NCBI GenBank assembly: GCA_011321845.1
Contig: DROQ01000132.1
Span: 1,796 to 65,795, forward strand
DNA from: Planctomycetota bacterium
GTDB taxonomy: Bacteria; Planctomycetota; UBA1135; GCA-002748355
DNA: 64,000 bases
Reading direction: 5' to 3'
Positions 37,771 to 45,641 of the stretch are shown here, piece after piece. Under the pieces are notes generated by a model. That model ran no database searches. It had not been told where the DNA came from and was given only the letters and a program-made list of their open reading frames with translations. The translations under genes were made by a program, and so were the position numbers. Each line of letters starts with the position of its first letter. Position 1 is the stretch's first letter.

Positions 37771-38662
37771 TTCAAACCTCCATCCCAAAGAAGACAGCCA
37801 AGTTCCAATCGGGAGGCAGTATAGCCTCCCCGCGCTCTTCTTCGCCCTCCTTTGGCCCCTTACAACCCTTACAAGTTGCCACACCTTCTCCAAGCCACCC
37901 CATACATCTTCCTCCCCCAAAAACTCCAGGCAACTGCGGAAGTACAAGCAGGAGCATTACCGCTCCCTTCTTGGCCTAAGGAGCACTCCTGCCGGCATGG
38001 GGGAACTCCTGTCCCAGGTGCGAGCCAGGCGCCTCGTACTCATCGGGGACATCCATGACAATCAGGCACTTCATCGCAAAATCCTGGTCTTTTTGGAGAG
38101 CTGGGCGAGACTCCCTGGAACACGCAACCTCTTCGTAGAGTTCCTCGGATTGGAGGATCAAGGCTACCTGGATCGCTTCAACCGGGGAGAAATCTCCGCC
38201 TCGGCCCTGATTCAGGCCAATTGCAACCGCTGGCCCGATTCCTGGCTGCGCCTCGAGGAATTCGACCCATCGTTCTACCGGGATCTCCTCCGACTTTGTC
38301 GCTCCATGGGCATTCTCCTTCGCCCCATGGAACCCATTCCGAGGCTCCCGCTGGAGGCAAGGGACACCCAAATGGCCAAGACCCTCCTCCAATTCAGGCG
38401 AAAACACCCCGATGCCCAAATCGCGGTCCTTGTCGGGCACACCCACCTTTTGGGGAAGGGACATCTGGTTTCCCTCCTCCAGGGCCGGTTCGGGTTTCCT
38501 CCCGAAGGGAAGATCCCCCTACTTCTCCCCCCTCCCCAAGGGGGTTCGAGTGGGACGGGCAAGGATCTTCTCAAACGAGGAAACTCTTATTTCCTCTGGA
38601 ACCCAGGCGGATGGGCCAAGGCTTCCGGGCTGGGGGGGAGATCCGAAACCAAAGCCCGATAA
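37763..38662 (+). CDS. ChaN-like (haem-binding uptake/Tiki superfamily) lipoprotein
   Basis: LVLIGDIHDNQALHRKIL...FVEFLGLEDQGYLDRF pattern and lipobox LTSC. The only upstream start is TTG 37763, which overlaps the elbB start. Confidence 0.6.
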   Translation: MTISNLHPKEDSQVPIGRQYSLPALFFALLWPLTTLTSCHTFSKPPHTSSSPKNSRQLRKYKQEHYRSLLGLRSTPAGMGELLSQVRARRLVLIGDIHDNQALHRKILVFLESWARLPGTRNLFVEFLGLEDQGYLDRFNRGEISASALIQANCNRWPDSWLRLEEFDPSFYRDLLRLCRSMGILLRPMEPIPRLPLEARDTQMAKTLLQFRRKHPDAQIAVLVGHTHLLGKGHLVSLLQGRFGFPPEGKIPLLLPPPQGGSSGTGKDLLKRGNSYFLWNPGGWAKASGLGGRSETKAR

Positions 38663-38688
38663 CCCACATTTGCCAGGGTCTACAAGGC

Positions 38689-39120
38689 TCAGCGTTCCGT
38701 GTGCCGGTAAAGCCTCAAGACTTTGGCCTTTCCGGCCCGCCGGACGCGGGTTTTCACCGTCCTCCCCGTCCTGGGACTCTTCCAGGAGAGGACGACAGAC
38801 CGGGTCCTCCCCTCCTTCCTGGGAGCCTTCCAAAGATCCCTTCCGATGAGATCGACCAGGCGGTTCAGTTCGATGGAGGCCTTGGGATAGATCTTGGCCT
38901 GGATCTCGGCCCCACCCTCGGGATCCACCTCTTGATAGATCCTCGGCCTCTTCTCGAAGGACTCGGGAAAACGCTGCATAATGAAATTTTCCAAGTCCAC
39001 ATCCCGCTTCTTATCGGGAGTCATGGCCAAAAGATGGTTCATCATCATGGCCATCGCCACCATCCCAAGGATTCCGGTGGCAATCAGGATCAGGAAGGAT
39101 TTGCGCATCCTCCCATCCAT
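38689..39120 (-). CDS. hypothetical small membrane-anchored protein
   Basis: N-terminal transmembrane segment FLILIATGILGMVAMAMMM. Start ambiguous (39120 or 39108). No family recognised. Confidence 0.35.
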   Translation of the reverse strand: MDGRMRKSFLILIATGILGMVAMAMMMNHLLAMTPDKKRDVDLENFIMQRFPESFEKRPRIYQEVDPEGGAEIQAKIYPKASIELNRLVDLIGRDLWKAPRKEGRTRSVVLSWKSPRTGRTVKTRVRRAGKAKVLRLYRHTER

Positions 39121-39448
39121 CGGCTGAATCGCCGGCCTTCTTGAATCTTTTTCCCTTGAGATGGTTCTCCATGGCATTGGGAGTTGAAGAGCACTGGGAG
39201 AAAGAAACGCGACGAATCTCTGCCAAGGACCTTTTCGATGAGTATACTTCGAGCTGGAATCGGGGAGTTCCAAGGGTTTCCGTCTTCGATGATCCCAAGC
39301 ACGGGGGATCCCATGAGCGTCGCCAAAAGGAGTCCAAGCCTATGGTGACTGAGATCAGGGGGAAAGGTCTCAATTCGAAGGCAACAGTTTTCCCTTGGTC
39401 CATGACGAAAAAAGGGACAGATCCAAAGAACGGATTTGGGGGGAAGCC

Positions 39449-39814
39449 ATGGAAGCAAAAAAGATCATGGAACCGAAGTGGATGGCCATCGGCCTGACAG
39501 TTCTGGTTTTAGTGGGGGGAGCATGGAAAGTCATCGCCTCCATGAGTGGAGCGCCGGAGCAAGAGATCGCTCCGAGCAAAACTGAAGTGGTGGCCCCGAT
39601 TCCCGAGGATGGCTCGTACTGCGTCTTCGAAACAAGCTGGGAACAAAGTCCCAGCGTGCAAGCTGGCGGACAATGGGAAGGGACAGAAGTAGAGGCCGAT
39701 CCCAAGGACCCCAACCACATGCCCTACGACCTCAGCGATGAGGACAGGGCTTTTGCCCTCAAGGCCGCCAAGACCTGGAAGGGGCTTCCGATCGCGATCG
39801 AGGGGAGGGAATAA
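39449..39814 (+). CDS. hypothetical membrane-anchored protein, first gene of the pseudopilin cluster
   Basis: Transmembrane segment WMAIGLTVLVLVGGAW. Its stop is 1 nt before the next ATG. Alternative start at 39395. Confidence 0.45.
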   Translation: MEAKKIMEPKWMAIGLTVLVLVGGAWKVIASMSGAPEQEIAPSKTEVVAPIPEDGSYCVFETSWEQSPSVQAGGQWEGTEVEADPKDPNHMPYDLSDEDRAFALKAAKTWKGLPIAIEGRE

Positions 39815-39815
39815 A

Positions 39816-40565
39816 ATGCGAGAGCAAACGAGCGGCCAAGAAGGGTTTACTTTAATCGACGCGACGATCACTCTCTTGGTGAGCGTCCTGATGCTTTACA
39901 CCCTTCACTCGGGAACCCAGACATCCATGAGTGCACGGAGGGCTTCGGAACGCATCTACGCTGCCCACTTGCAGGGAATGGATTTCATGGAACGAGTCCG
40001 GAAGATTCCCTTCGGACAAGCATCGGACCCGACTCCCACAGCAGCCCAGCTCCAGGAGTTTTTCGACGATGATGACGATCTGGGTTCCATCACCCTCACC
40101 CAGCTCAAGGTGAGTCCGACCGCTTCGGGCTATCAGTTCAAGATGGCAAGCAAGGGGCTTATCGGGACCTGGGAACTCAAGGTCACAGATGACCTGGATG
40201 GAGACGGAAACAATACCGGGCCAAGAGAAGGCCGTTCCGACCTTCTGAAGATCGAAATCTACTTCGAAGGCAAGATCATGTTCCAAAGCCTTCGCACTTC
40301 GGATCCGAGCTTCACCATTGTCGACACGACCGCGGACTACCTCAACGCCGTTCCGGCTCCACCCACGCCGCCCGTGGGTGGTGGAAGCGGAGGAAGCGGA
40401 AACGGGGGCAATTCCGGTGGAAGCGGAGGAAGCGGAAGCAATGGAGGAAGCCGGACTCTCCCCCCAGGGGGCGGAGGAGGTGGAAACGGAAGCAACAATG
40501 GCGGAAGCGGAGGTTCCGGAGGGGGCGCCGGTGCCGACCGAGCGCCCGGAAGGGGTGGAGAATAA
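39816..40565 (+). CDS. prepilin-type N-terminal domain protein (pseudopilin) with Gly/Ser/Asn-rich C-terminal tail
   Basis: MREQTSGQEG|FTLIDATITLLVSVLMLYTL is a class III signal with Asp at +5. SD GAGGGGAGGG upstream. Confidence 0.7.
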   Translation: MREQTSGQEGFTLIDATITLLVSVLMLYTLHSGTQTSMSARRASERIYAAHLQGMDFMERVRKIPFGQASDPTPTAAQLQEFFDDDDDLGSITLTQLKVSPTASGYQFKMASKGLIGTWELKVTDDLDGDGNNTGPREGRSDLLKIEIYFEGKIMFQSLRTSDPSFTIVDTTADYLNAVPAPPTPPVGGGSGGSGNGGNSGGSGGSGSNGGSRTLPPGGGGGGNGSNNGGSGGSGGGAGADRAPGRGGE

Positions 40566-40629
40566 CAAGGGGATGCACCCAAATCAGGCATAGCCAAGGA
40601 CAGGAAGGATCTTTCAAGGGGGGAAGAGT

Positions 40630-42690
40630 ATGAAAAAAACGCTTGGAAAAAGGAACGAGGGGGGATTCACCCTGGTCATCCTTTTGGTCGTCATGGTGAC
40701 GATCGGGGGATTGGTCACGGCCCACCTCGGCGAGGTCCGTTCGGACCAACGAAAAATCATGACGAGGATCTACGCTTCGAGAGCCCAGGAGAGAGCCTTT
40801 GGGGAACTGGAAAGAGCCAAGAACATCGTAAACGCGGCTCCCTATCTGAATGATCAGAACACAGCTCTCAAGGCTGCGGTCCAGTCCTCCCCTCCCTACA
40901 TCCCTGGAACAGAAGTCGAGGTCGAAAAAGTGGGCGGACCCTCGAGCGAGTGGTACACCCTGAAGGCCACCGGAGAGTTCATGGGGATCACCCGTAGAGC
41001 GCAGATCTTCGTTCGCCAACGGTCTCCCGTTTCCGCCTACAACTTTTTCGTTGTCGACCACCCCCTGGGGATCTCAGGGGCTCCCCGCGGGGCCATCCAC
41101 AGCAACAAGACCGTGGACTTCTATTTCCCCTGGGGAACCTACCGGGACCAGGTCACAGCGAGCCAGGGTTTCTCGTACAAAGCCGGGGCGACTCCCGAAA
41201 ACACCCGGCTCTGGGGACAACACGACTCCCACGCGCCCACCCAGAACATCATGAACGGGATCGCGGTTACGGATCTCAAAAGCAAGCCGACCACACTGAA
41301 AGTCGTGGACAACTTGCTTGCCGAAATCCGGTTCCTTGGAAAAAACACCCAGGTCAAACTCTTTCAACCAGCTTTCCGAACCCAGGTTCAAAAAACGGGA
41401 CAAAGGTGGGTCTTTGACCGGATGGTCACCGAGACCTGGACCGAGCAGAAAAAGGTCTACCGGACCGAATTCTACGATGCGACCGAGGACGTCTACCAAG
41501 ACCAGGTCCAGACCTGGACGGAGCAAAAGAAGGTCTATCGCGACGTGCAGCAGACCTATCAGGTAACCGAGGATGTTTACACCGACGTCCCCGAGAACTA
41601 CACCGTCATGGAGCCGATCTACGAGAAGAAATGGGTGACCATCCAGCAAATCGAAAAAGTCTGGGTGGAAAACCCGCCCCCGAGTCTCAAAGACATCGAA
41701 GGGGGGTTCTCGGTGGGAGGCCAGCAAGCGGCCTCGGGTCACTGGGAAAACATCACCAAAGACACCCAAGTGCTCAGGGATGTCCTTGTCGGGCACAAAC
41801 CCGTGACCCGCACGAGGATGAAGCGGGTCAAGACAGGCACCCGCGTGGTCACGAAGACGAAAACCGTCCAAGTCTTCGATCACTACGAAAACGTGCAAAA
41901 GTCCAAGACCGTTCGCGTCAAAACCGGCACAAGGATCGTTCGCAAGTCCCGCAAGGTTTTCGACCACTACACCACCGTGACGAAGTCGAGGGATGTTCCC
42001 AAGTACCGCATGGAGACCTACCAGTACATGGACTGGGTCAACGTCGCCGAACGCCTCGCAAGAACGGACGTCGTCCCCACCAAGGGGATCCTCTACTTCG
42101 AAAAGAAGATTCGAAAAATCGAGGGCAAGGTCCAAGGCCAGGTCTCCGTGGCTTCCAATGACCGGGTCAAGATCACGGGATCCATCCAATACATCGACGC
42201 CAACAACAACACCAGGATGCTCAACGGTCTCGACAAAACCCAGCGCTACAAGTTCAACCCGGCCTACAGGGGGAAATCGGTCCTCGGCATCATGAGCCGG
42301 GGGGATATCACCTACTCCAGGGACATTCCCGCCAGCATCGAGATCAACGCTTCCCTCATCTCGACCCAAGGAAAGGTCGCGATGGAAGGGATCTCGGTAA
42401 ACGCGGACGGGACCCAGGTGGGGATCACCAACGACGCCGCCGCCCACCCCAACCTCTATGTCAAAGATTCCATTCGAAGGCTCGGAGGGATCGTCAGCCG
42501 GAAACGGCCCGTCGCGACCTATGTCGACAGCTCCAACAATGTGGGCTGCGGGTTCCGAGAGGGAGTCTCCATCATGGACCGGAACATGATCCTGAAGAAC
42601 GGCGGAAACATCTCTCCGCCCTACGTCTTCCAGATGAACCGGCCCACTTGGACCCTCAATAACACCGGCCCGAGCATCTCACCCAACTGA
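40630..42690 (+). CDS. large pseudopilin-like / PilX_N-like protein lacking the +5 acidic residue, with internal repeat module
   Basis: MKKTLGKRNEGG|FTLVILLVVMVTIGGLV. 686 aa. Duplicated TWTEQKKVYR and VKTGTR.V.K...VFDHY segments. Confidence 0.7.
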   Translation: MKKTLGKRNEGGFTLVILLVVMVTIGGLVTAHLGEVRSDQRKIMTRIYASRAQERAFGELERAKNIVNAAPYLNDQNTALKAAVQSSPPYIPGTEVEVEKVGGPSSEWYTLKATGEFMGITRRAQIFVRQRSPVSAYNFFVVDHPLGISGAPRGAIHSNKTVDFYFPWGTYRDQVTASQGFSYKAGATPENTRLWGQHDSHAPTQNIMNGIAVTDLKSKPTTLKVVDNLLAEIRFLGKNTQVKLFQPAFRTQVQKTGQRWVFDRMVTETWTEQKKVYRTEFYDATEDVYQDQVQTWTEQKKVYRDVQQTYQVTEDVYTDVPENYTVMEPIYEKKWVTIQQIEKVWVENPPPSLKDIEGGFSVGGQQAASGHWENITKDTQVLRDVLVGHKPVTRTRMKRVKTGTRVVTKTKTVQVFDHYENVQKSKTVRVKTGTRIVRKSRKVFDHYTTVTKSRDVPKYRMETYQYMDWVNVAERLARTDVVPTKGILYFEKKIRKIEGKVQGQVSVASNDRVKITGSIQYIDANNNTRMLNGLDKTQRYKFNPAYRGKSVLGIMSRGDITYSRDIPASIEINASLISTQGKVAMEGISVNADGTQVGITNDAAAHPNLYVKDSIRRLGGIVSRKRPVATYVDSSNNVGCGFREGVSIMDRNMILKNGGNISPPYVFQMNRPTWTLNNTGPSISPN

Positions 42691-42709
42691 TCGAGGAGAA
42701 GCGCAACCG

Positions 42710-43306
42710 ATGACTGCATCCATGAAGAAGAACGGGAAGACGATCGGGGAGCCCACTCGGGTTCCCCGGGAAGGAGAGCGCGGGATGGGCCTTGTCGAAA
42801 TGGCCATCTCCGTCTCCCTGACCGTCGCCATCCTGGGAGTCACTTATACGGCGGCCGACGTGGTCCACAGCGTCAACCGTTGGGACCAGGCCAAGCTGAA
42901 ACAGGATGTGGCCTTTCGGGATGCGCTTCGGCTCCTTCGAAAGGAGCTGAAGATGGCCTCAGTGGAAAGGGACCCCAAGACCAACCAATCCCGCTATCGC
43001 ATCTATACCAACGCCAAGGGGCAAATGGTCCTGAGGATCCAAACGGTCAGCGGAGCGAAGATCGTTTCCGGAGAATTGGAGCCCAACTGGTCCTCGGATA
43101 TCAGCTTCCATGTCGACGCAAAGGGTCGCCTCGTCCGAACTCAGGACGGAGAGGCAAGAATCATGGGGTCGGGATTCAAAGGTATGTATTTCGAAGTCAC
43201 CGACAAAGGGTTCTTTCGCATCACGGCGGAGATGGAAATCCTTCACCCAAAAACACACAAGCCCATGCTCATCACCAAAGTCTTCGATGTCAAGCCATTG
43301 AACTAA
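42710..43306 (+). CDS. prepilin-type N-terminal cleavage/methylation domain protein (pseudopilin)
   Basis: ...GERG|MGLVEMAISVSLTVAILGV has the canonical Glu at +5. SD GAGGAG upstream. Confidence 0.7.
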   Translation: MTASMKKNGKTIGEPTRVPREGERGMGLVEMAISVSLTVAILGVTYTAADVVHSVNRWDQAKLKQDVAFRDALRLLRKELKMASVERDPKTNQSRYRIYTNAKGQMVLRIQTVSGAKIVSGELEPNWSSDISFHVDAKGRLVRTQDGEARIMGSGFKGMYFEVTDKGFFRITAEMEILHPKTHKPMLITKVFDVKPLN

Positions 43307-43310
43307 CGCC

Positions 43311-44183
43311 ATGAAACGAAAACGCCTGCAAATCCTAGGAATCCTCATCGGGCTTGGCCTCGCCAGCGGAATCAAGGCACAGGCGGGAGAGGAGCCCGAA
43401 ACCCAAGGACCCTACACCGACCTGGTCAAAGCGAGTCAACTCCTGACCGGGAAACGCCTGAAAGAGGCCGAATCCCTCCTCATGACGGTCGTAGCCAGGA
43501 TTCCAAAAAACAGCTCCGCATGGTTCCTCCTCGCGAACTGTCTCAGCCTGGAGGGAAAGAAAGAAGAAGCGCTCCCCTATGCCGAGAAAGCGGTCAAGCT
43601 GGATCCCCAACACGCCGAGAGCAGGGTCCTCCTTGTGGAGTTGCTGCAGCCCCTTGCCAAACAACGCAAGCGCTGCTTCGATCTCGCGCGTTCCACCGCA
43701 AAACTCTGCAAGGGGAATCCCCTGCTCTTAGGACGCCTTGCCAGGGTCCTTCTCACCATCCATCAACCGAGCGAAGCCAAGCCCCTGATCGAAGAGGTGC
43801 TCTCCCTCCAGCCCAAGAACACCGACTTCCTTTCGCTCCTGGCCCAGGTCTCCCTTTCCCTCCACAAATACAAAGCCGCTGAGAAAGCTTATGCCAAGCT
43901 GATAAAGCTCCGGCCGCTCGACCCCTGGCCCGCTGAGAGCCGCGCCAACCTTCTTGTCATGCTGGGCAGGAAGAAGGAAGCCGTAGAGTCCTACAAACAG
44001 AGCCTGAAGATCCGCCCCTCTAATCTTCACGCCCGCCACCGCCTCCTCGCCCTCCTCAAGGAAATGGGAGCCTCCCAGGCCGAAATCCACGCACAAAAGC
44101 TCTACCTCAAGTACTACAAAGAGGTGGCAAGGGTTCGAAAGGAGCTGGAAAAGAAAAGAAAGGTGGCGAAGCCGGGGAAATAG
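43311..44183 (+). CDS. secreted tetratricopeptide-repeat protein
   Basis: Signal MKRKRLQILGILIGLGLASGIKAQA, followed by about 6 TPR-like 34-aa units. Confidence 0.8.
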   Translation: MKRKRLQILGILIGLGLASGIKAQAGEEPETQGPYTDLVKASQLLTGKRLKEAESLLMTVVARIPKNSSAWFLLANCLSLEGKKEEALPYAEKAVKLDPQHAESRVLLVELLQPLAKQRKRCFDLARSTAKLCKGNPLLLGRLARVLLTIHQPSEAKPLIEEVLSLQPKNTDFLSLLAQVSLSLHKYKAAEKAYAKLIKLRPLDPWPAESRANLLVMLGRKKEAVESYKQSLKIRPSNLHARHRLLALLKEMGASQAEIHAQKLYLKYYKEVARVRKELEKKRKVAKPGK

Positions 44184-44330
44184 CCGCTTCCCTGGGGACA
44201 ACTGCCCTCGATGGACTTCGCTTTAGCGGTGGCGAAGGGGGGGAGATAACCACTTCCCTGGGGTATCTTGCGGCCACCCAGGCTGCCAAGATGGGTGGCG
44301 AAGGCGGGGAAAGAACCACTTCCCTAGGGG
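44162..44330. repeat. three degenerate 36-37-bp repeats at exact 66-bp spacing, separated by unrelated 30-bp segments
   Basis: R1 44162-44197, R2 44228-44263, R3 44294-44330. Consensus GGTGGCGAAGSCGGGGAAAKAACCRCTTCCCTGGGG. R1 overlaps the TPR gene stop. Confidence 0.85.
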
Positions 44331-44339
44331 AGTCGGGGA

Positions 44340-44387
44340 GGACAAGCTGTCAGCCTCGGCTCCTTCACCCTCCGGACAATCTGTCAG
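44340..44387 (+). promoter_or_regulatory. two copies of GGACAAKCTGTCAG (GACA-N3-TGTC inverted cores), 34 bp apart; possible enhancer/UAS
   Basis: Copies at 44340-44353 and 44374-44387, centred about 115 and 81 bp upstream of the -24 element at 44462. Confidence 0.4.
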
Positions 44388-44460
44388 ATCCGCCCCTCCT
44401 AGGCCTAGGACTAAAAACCTTTCTCTTTGCAAACAAAGAACTTAGACAAAAGGCTTGCCG

Positions 44461-44476
44461 CGGCACATTCCTTGCA
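44461..44476 (+). promoter_or_regulatory. sigma54 (-24/-12) promoter candidate CGGCAC-ATTCC-TTGCA
   Basis: Matches TGGCAC-N5-TTGCA at 10 of 11 defined positions, with correct GG-N10-GC spacing. It lies directly upstream of the response regulator ATG (44491). Confidence 0.5.
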
Positions 44477-44490
44477 TCTGCCCGCCGACG

Positions 44491-45123
44491 ATGTTGTGGA
44501 ATGGCCAAAAAATCCTGATTGCGGACGACAACGAACTTCTCAGGCAGACCCTGGGAGAGTTCTTTTCGTTGTATGGCTTCCAGGTCCTCGAAGCCCCGGA
44601 CGGGGACACCGCCTTGGATCTCGCCCTCCACAACCATCCCTTCTTTTCCATCCTGGATTTCCACATGCCCGGTATGGACGGCCGGCAGGTTCTCTCCGCC
44701 CTCCTGAACCACGGTTTCCCCTGCCTCCAGGATGAGGGGCGCCCCGTCCTTCCCTGCATCCTGATTTCGGCGGCCGCCACTCCCGAGGAAATCAAAAGCG
44801 CCTTCGACAAAGGAGCGTTCCGGTTCCTGAATAAACCCCTGAGCCCCAAGGACCTCCTGACCGCCGTTCAGGCGCTCGAGCAGAGGTTCCAGGCGGAGCA
44901 AAGCGCTGAAGAGCCCCAGGCCCTCCTCCCTCCCTTCCAAGGTTGGGGCGGCTGCTCGGGCCTACCCGTTCCGGCCCTCGGCCCTCAGCTCCCCATCCCC
45001 TCCCCCTCCAGCTTCCCCGAAGCCAACTTCGAAGAGCTCATCGCTCTTTTGAGAAAATGCAGAAAAGCTGGAGAGCGAAAGGAAGAAGAGGGAAAAGAAG
45101 GGAAGCAAAGAGACAAAAGATGA
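44491..45123 (+). CDS. response regulator receiver protein with Pro/acidic-rich C-terminal tail (no recognisable output domain)
   Basis: KILIADDNELL, phospho-acceptor in SILDFHMPGMDG and conserved Lys in FLNKPL. Confidence 0.8.
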   Translation: MLWNGQKILIADDNELLRQTLGEFFSLYGFQVLEAPDGDTALDLALHNHPFFSILDFHMPGMDGRQVLSALLNHGFPCLQDEGRPVLPCILISAAATPEEIKSAFDKGAFRFLNKPLSPKDLLTAVQALEQRFQAEQSAEEPQALLPPFQGWGGCSGLPVPALGPQLPIPSPSSFPEANFEELIALLRKCRKAGERKEEEGKEGKQRDKR

Positions 45124-45220
45124 ACTCGCAAGGCAGATTCTTTCAAACAAGTTTCTTTCCAACAAACAGATTCAATCCAACGATTTGATCCTTATCCCCC
45201 TGATTCAAGGAGAACGAAAA

Positions 45221-45526
45221 ATGGCAAAGACGAAGAGCCCGACCATCACACCTCTTGGAGACCGTGTCCTGATCGAGCGCGTCGCGGCGGAAAACAAAAC
45301 CAAGGGAGGACTCGTCCTTCCCGACACCGCCAAGGAAAAACCCCGCGAAGGCATCGTCGTCGCGACAGGTAAGGGTCGCCTCTTGGACAACGGTGAGCGC
45401 CAGCCTTTCTCCATCCAGAAAGGCGACCATGTCCTCTTCTCCTCCTACGCCGGGACGGAGATCAAGGTGGATGGTAAAGAATATCTAGTCATGGGGGAGG
45501 ACGAGGTCCTCGCGGTCATCGGCTGA
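45221..45526 (+). CDS. groES: co-chaperonin GroES
   Basis: ITPLGDRVLIERV...TKGGLVLPDTAKEKP..G.VVA.G and its position directly upstream of groEL. Confidence 0.95.
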   Translation: MAKTKSPTITPLGDRVLIERVAAENKTKGGLVLPDTAKEKPREGIVVATGKGRLLDNGERQPFSIQKGDHVLFSSYAGTEIKVDGKEYLVMGEDEVLAVIG

Positions 45527-45641
45527 GTGGCCCCTTTCGATCGATTTGCTTTCGACCGATTGGATCGAGGCCCCGAAAGCTCCCTCTCTTCACTGCCGGT
45601 AAAAGACCGCAAAGAAACGAAATTCATTTAGGAGGATTACA

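Noticed and set aside
39340-39360. AGGCAA-CAGTT-TTCCC upstream of the pseudopilin cluster as a third sigma54 promoter.
   Set aside because: The -12 GC is replaced by CC and the -24 box has further mismatches, so it is too weak.
44162-44330. Calling the 36+30-bp periodic repeats a CRISPR array.
   Set aside because: There are only three repeats. They differ from each other at several positions each, the first overlaps a coding 3' end, and no cas genes or leader lie nearby. I kept it as an unexplained repeat instead.
45124-45220. Looked for a CIRCE/HrcA operator (TTAGCACTC-N9-GAGTGCTAA) or a clear sigma32 promoter upstream of groES.
   Set aside because: No CIRCE-like inverted repeat is present. 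There is only a weak CCCCCTGAT resemblance to a sigma32 -10 without a convincing -35.
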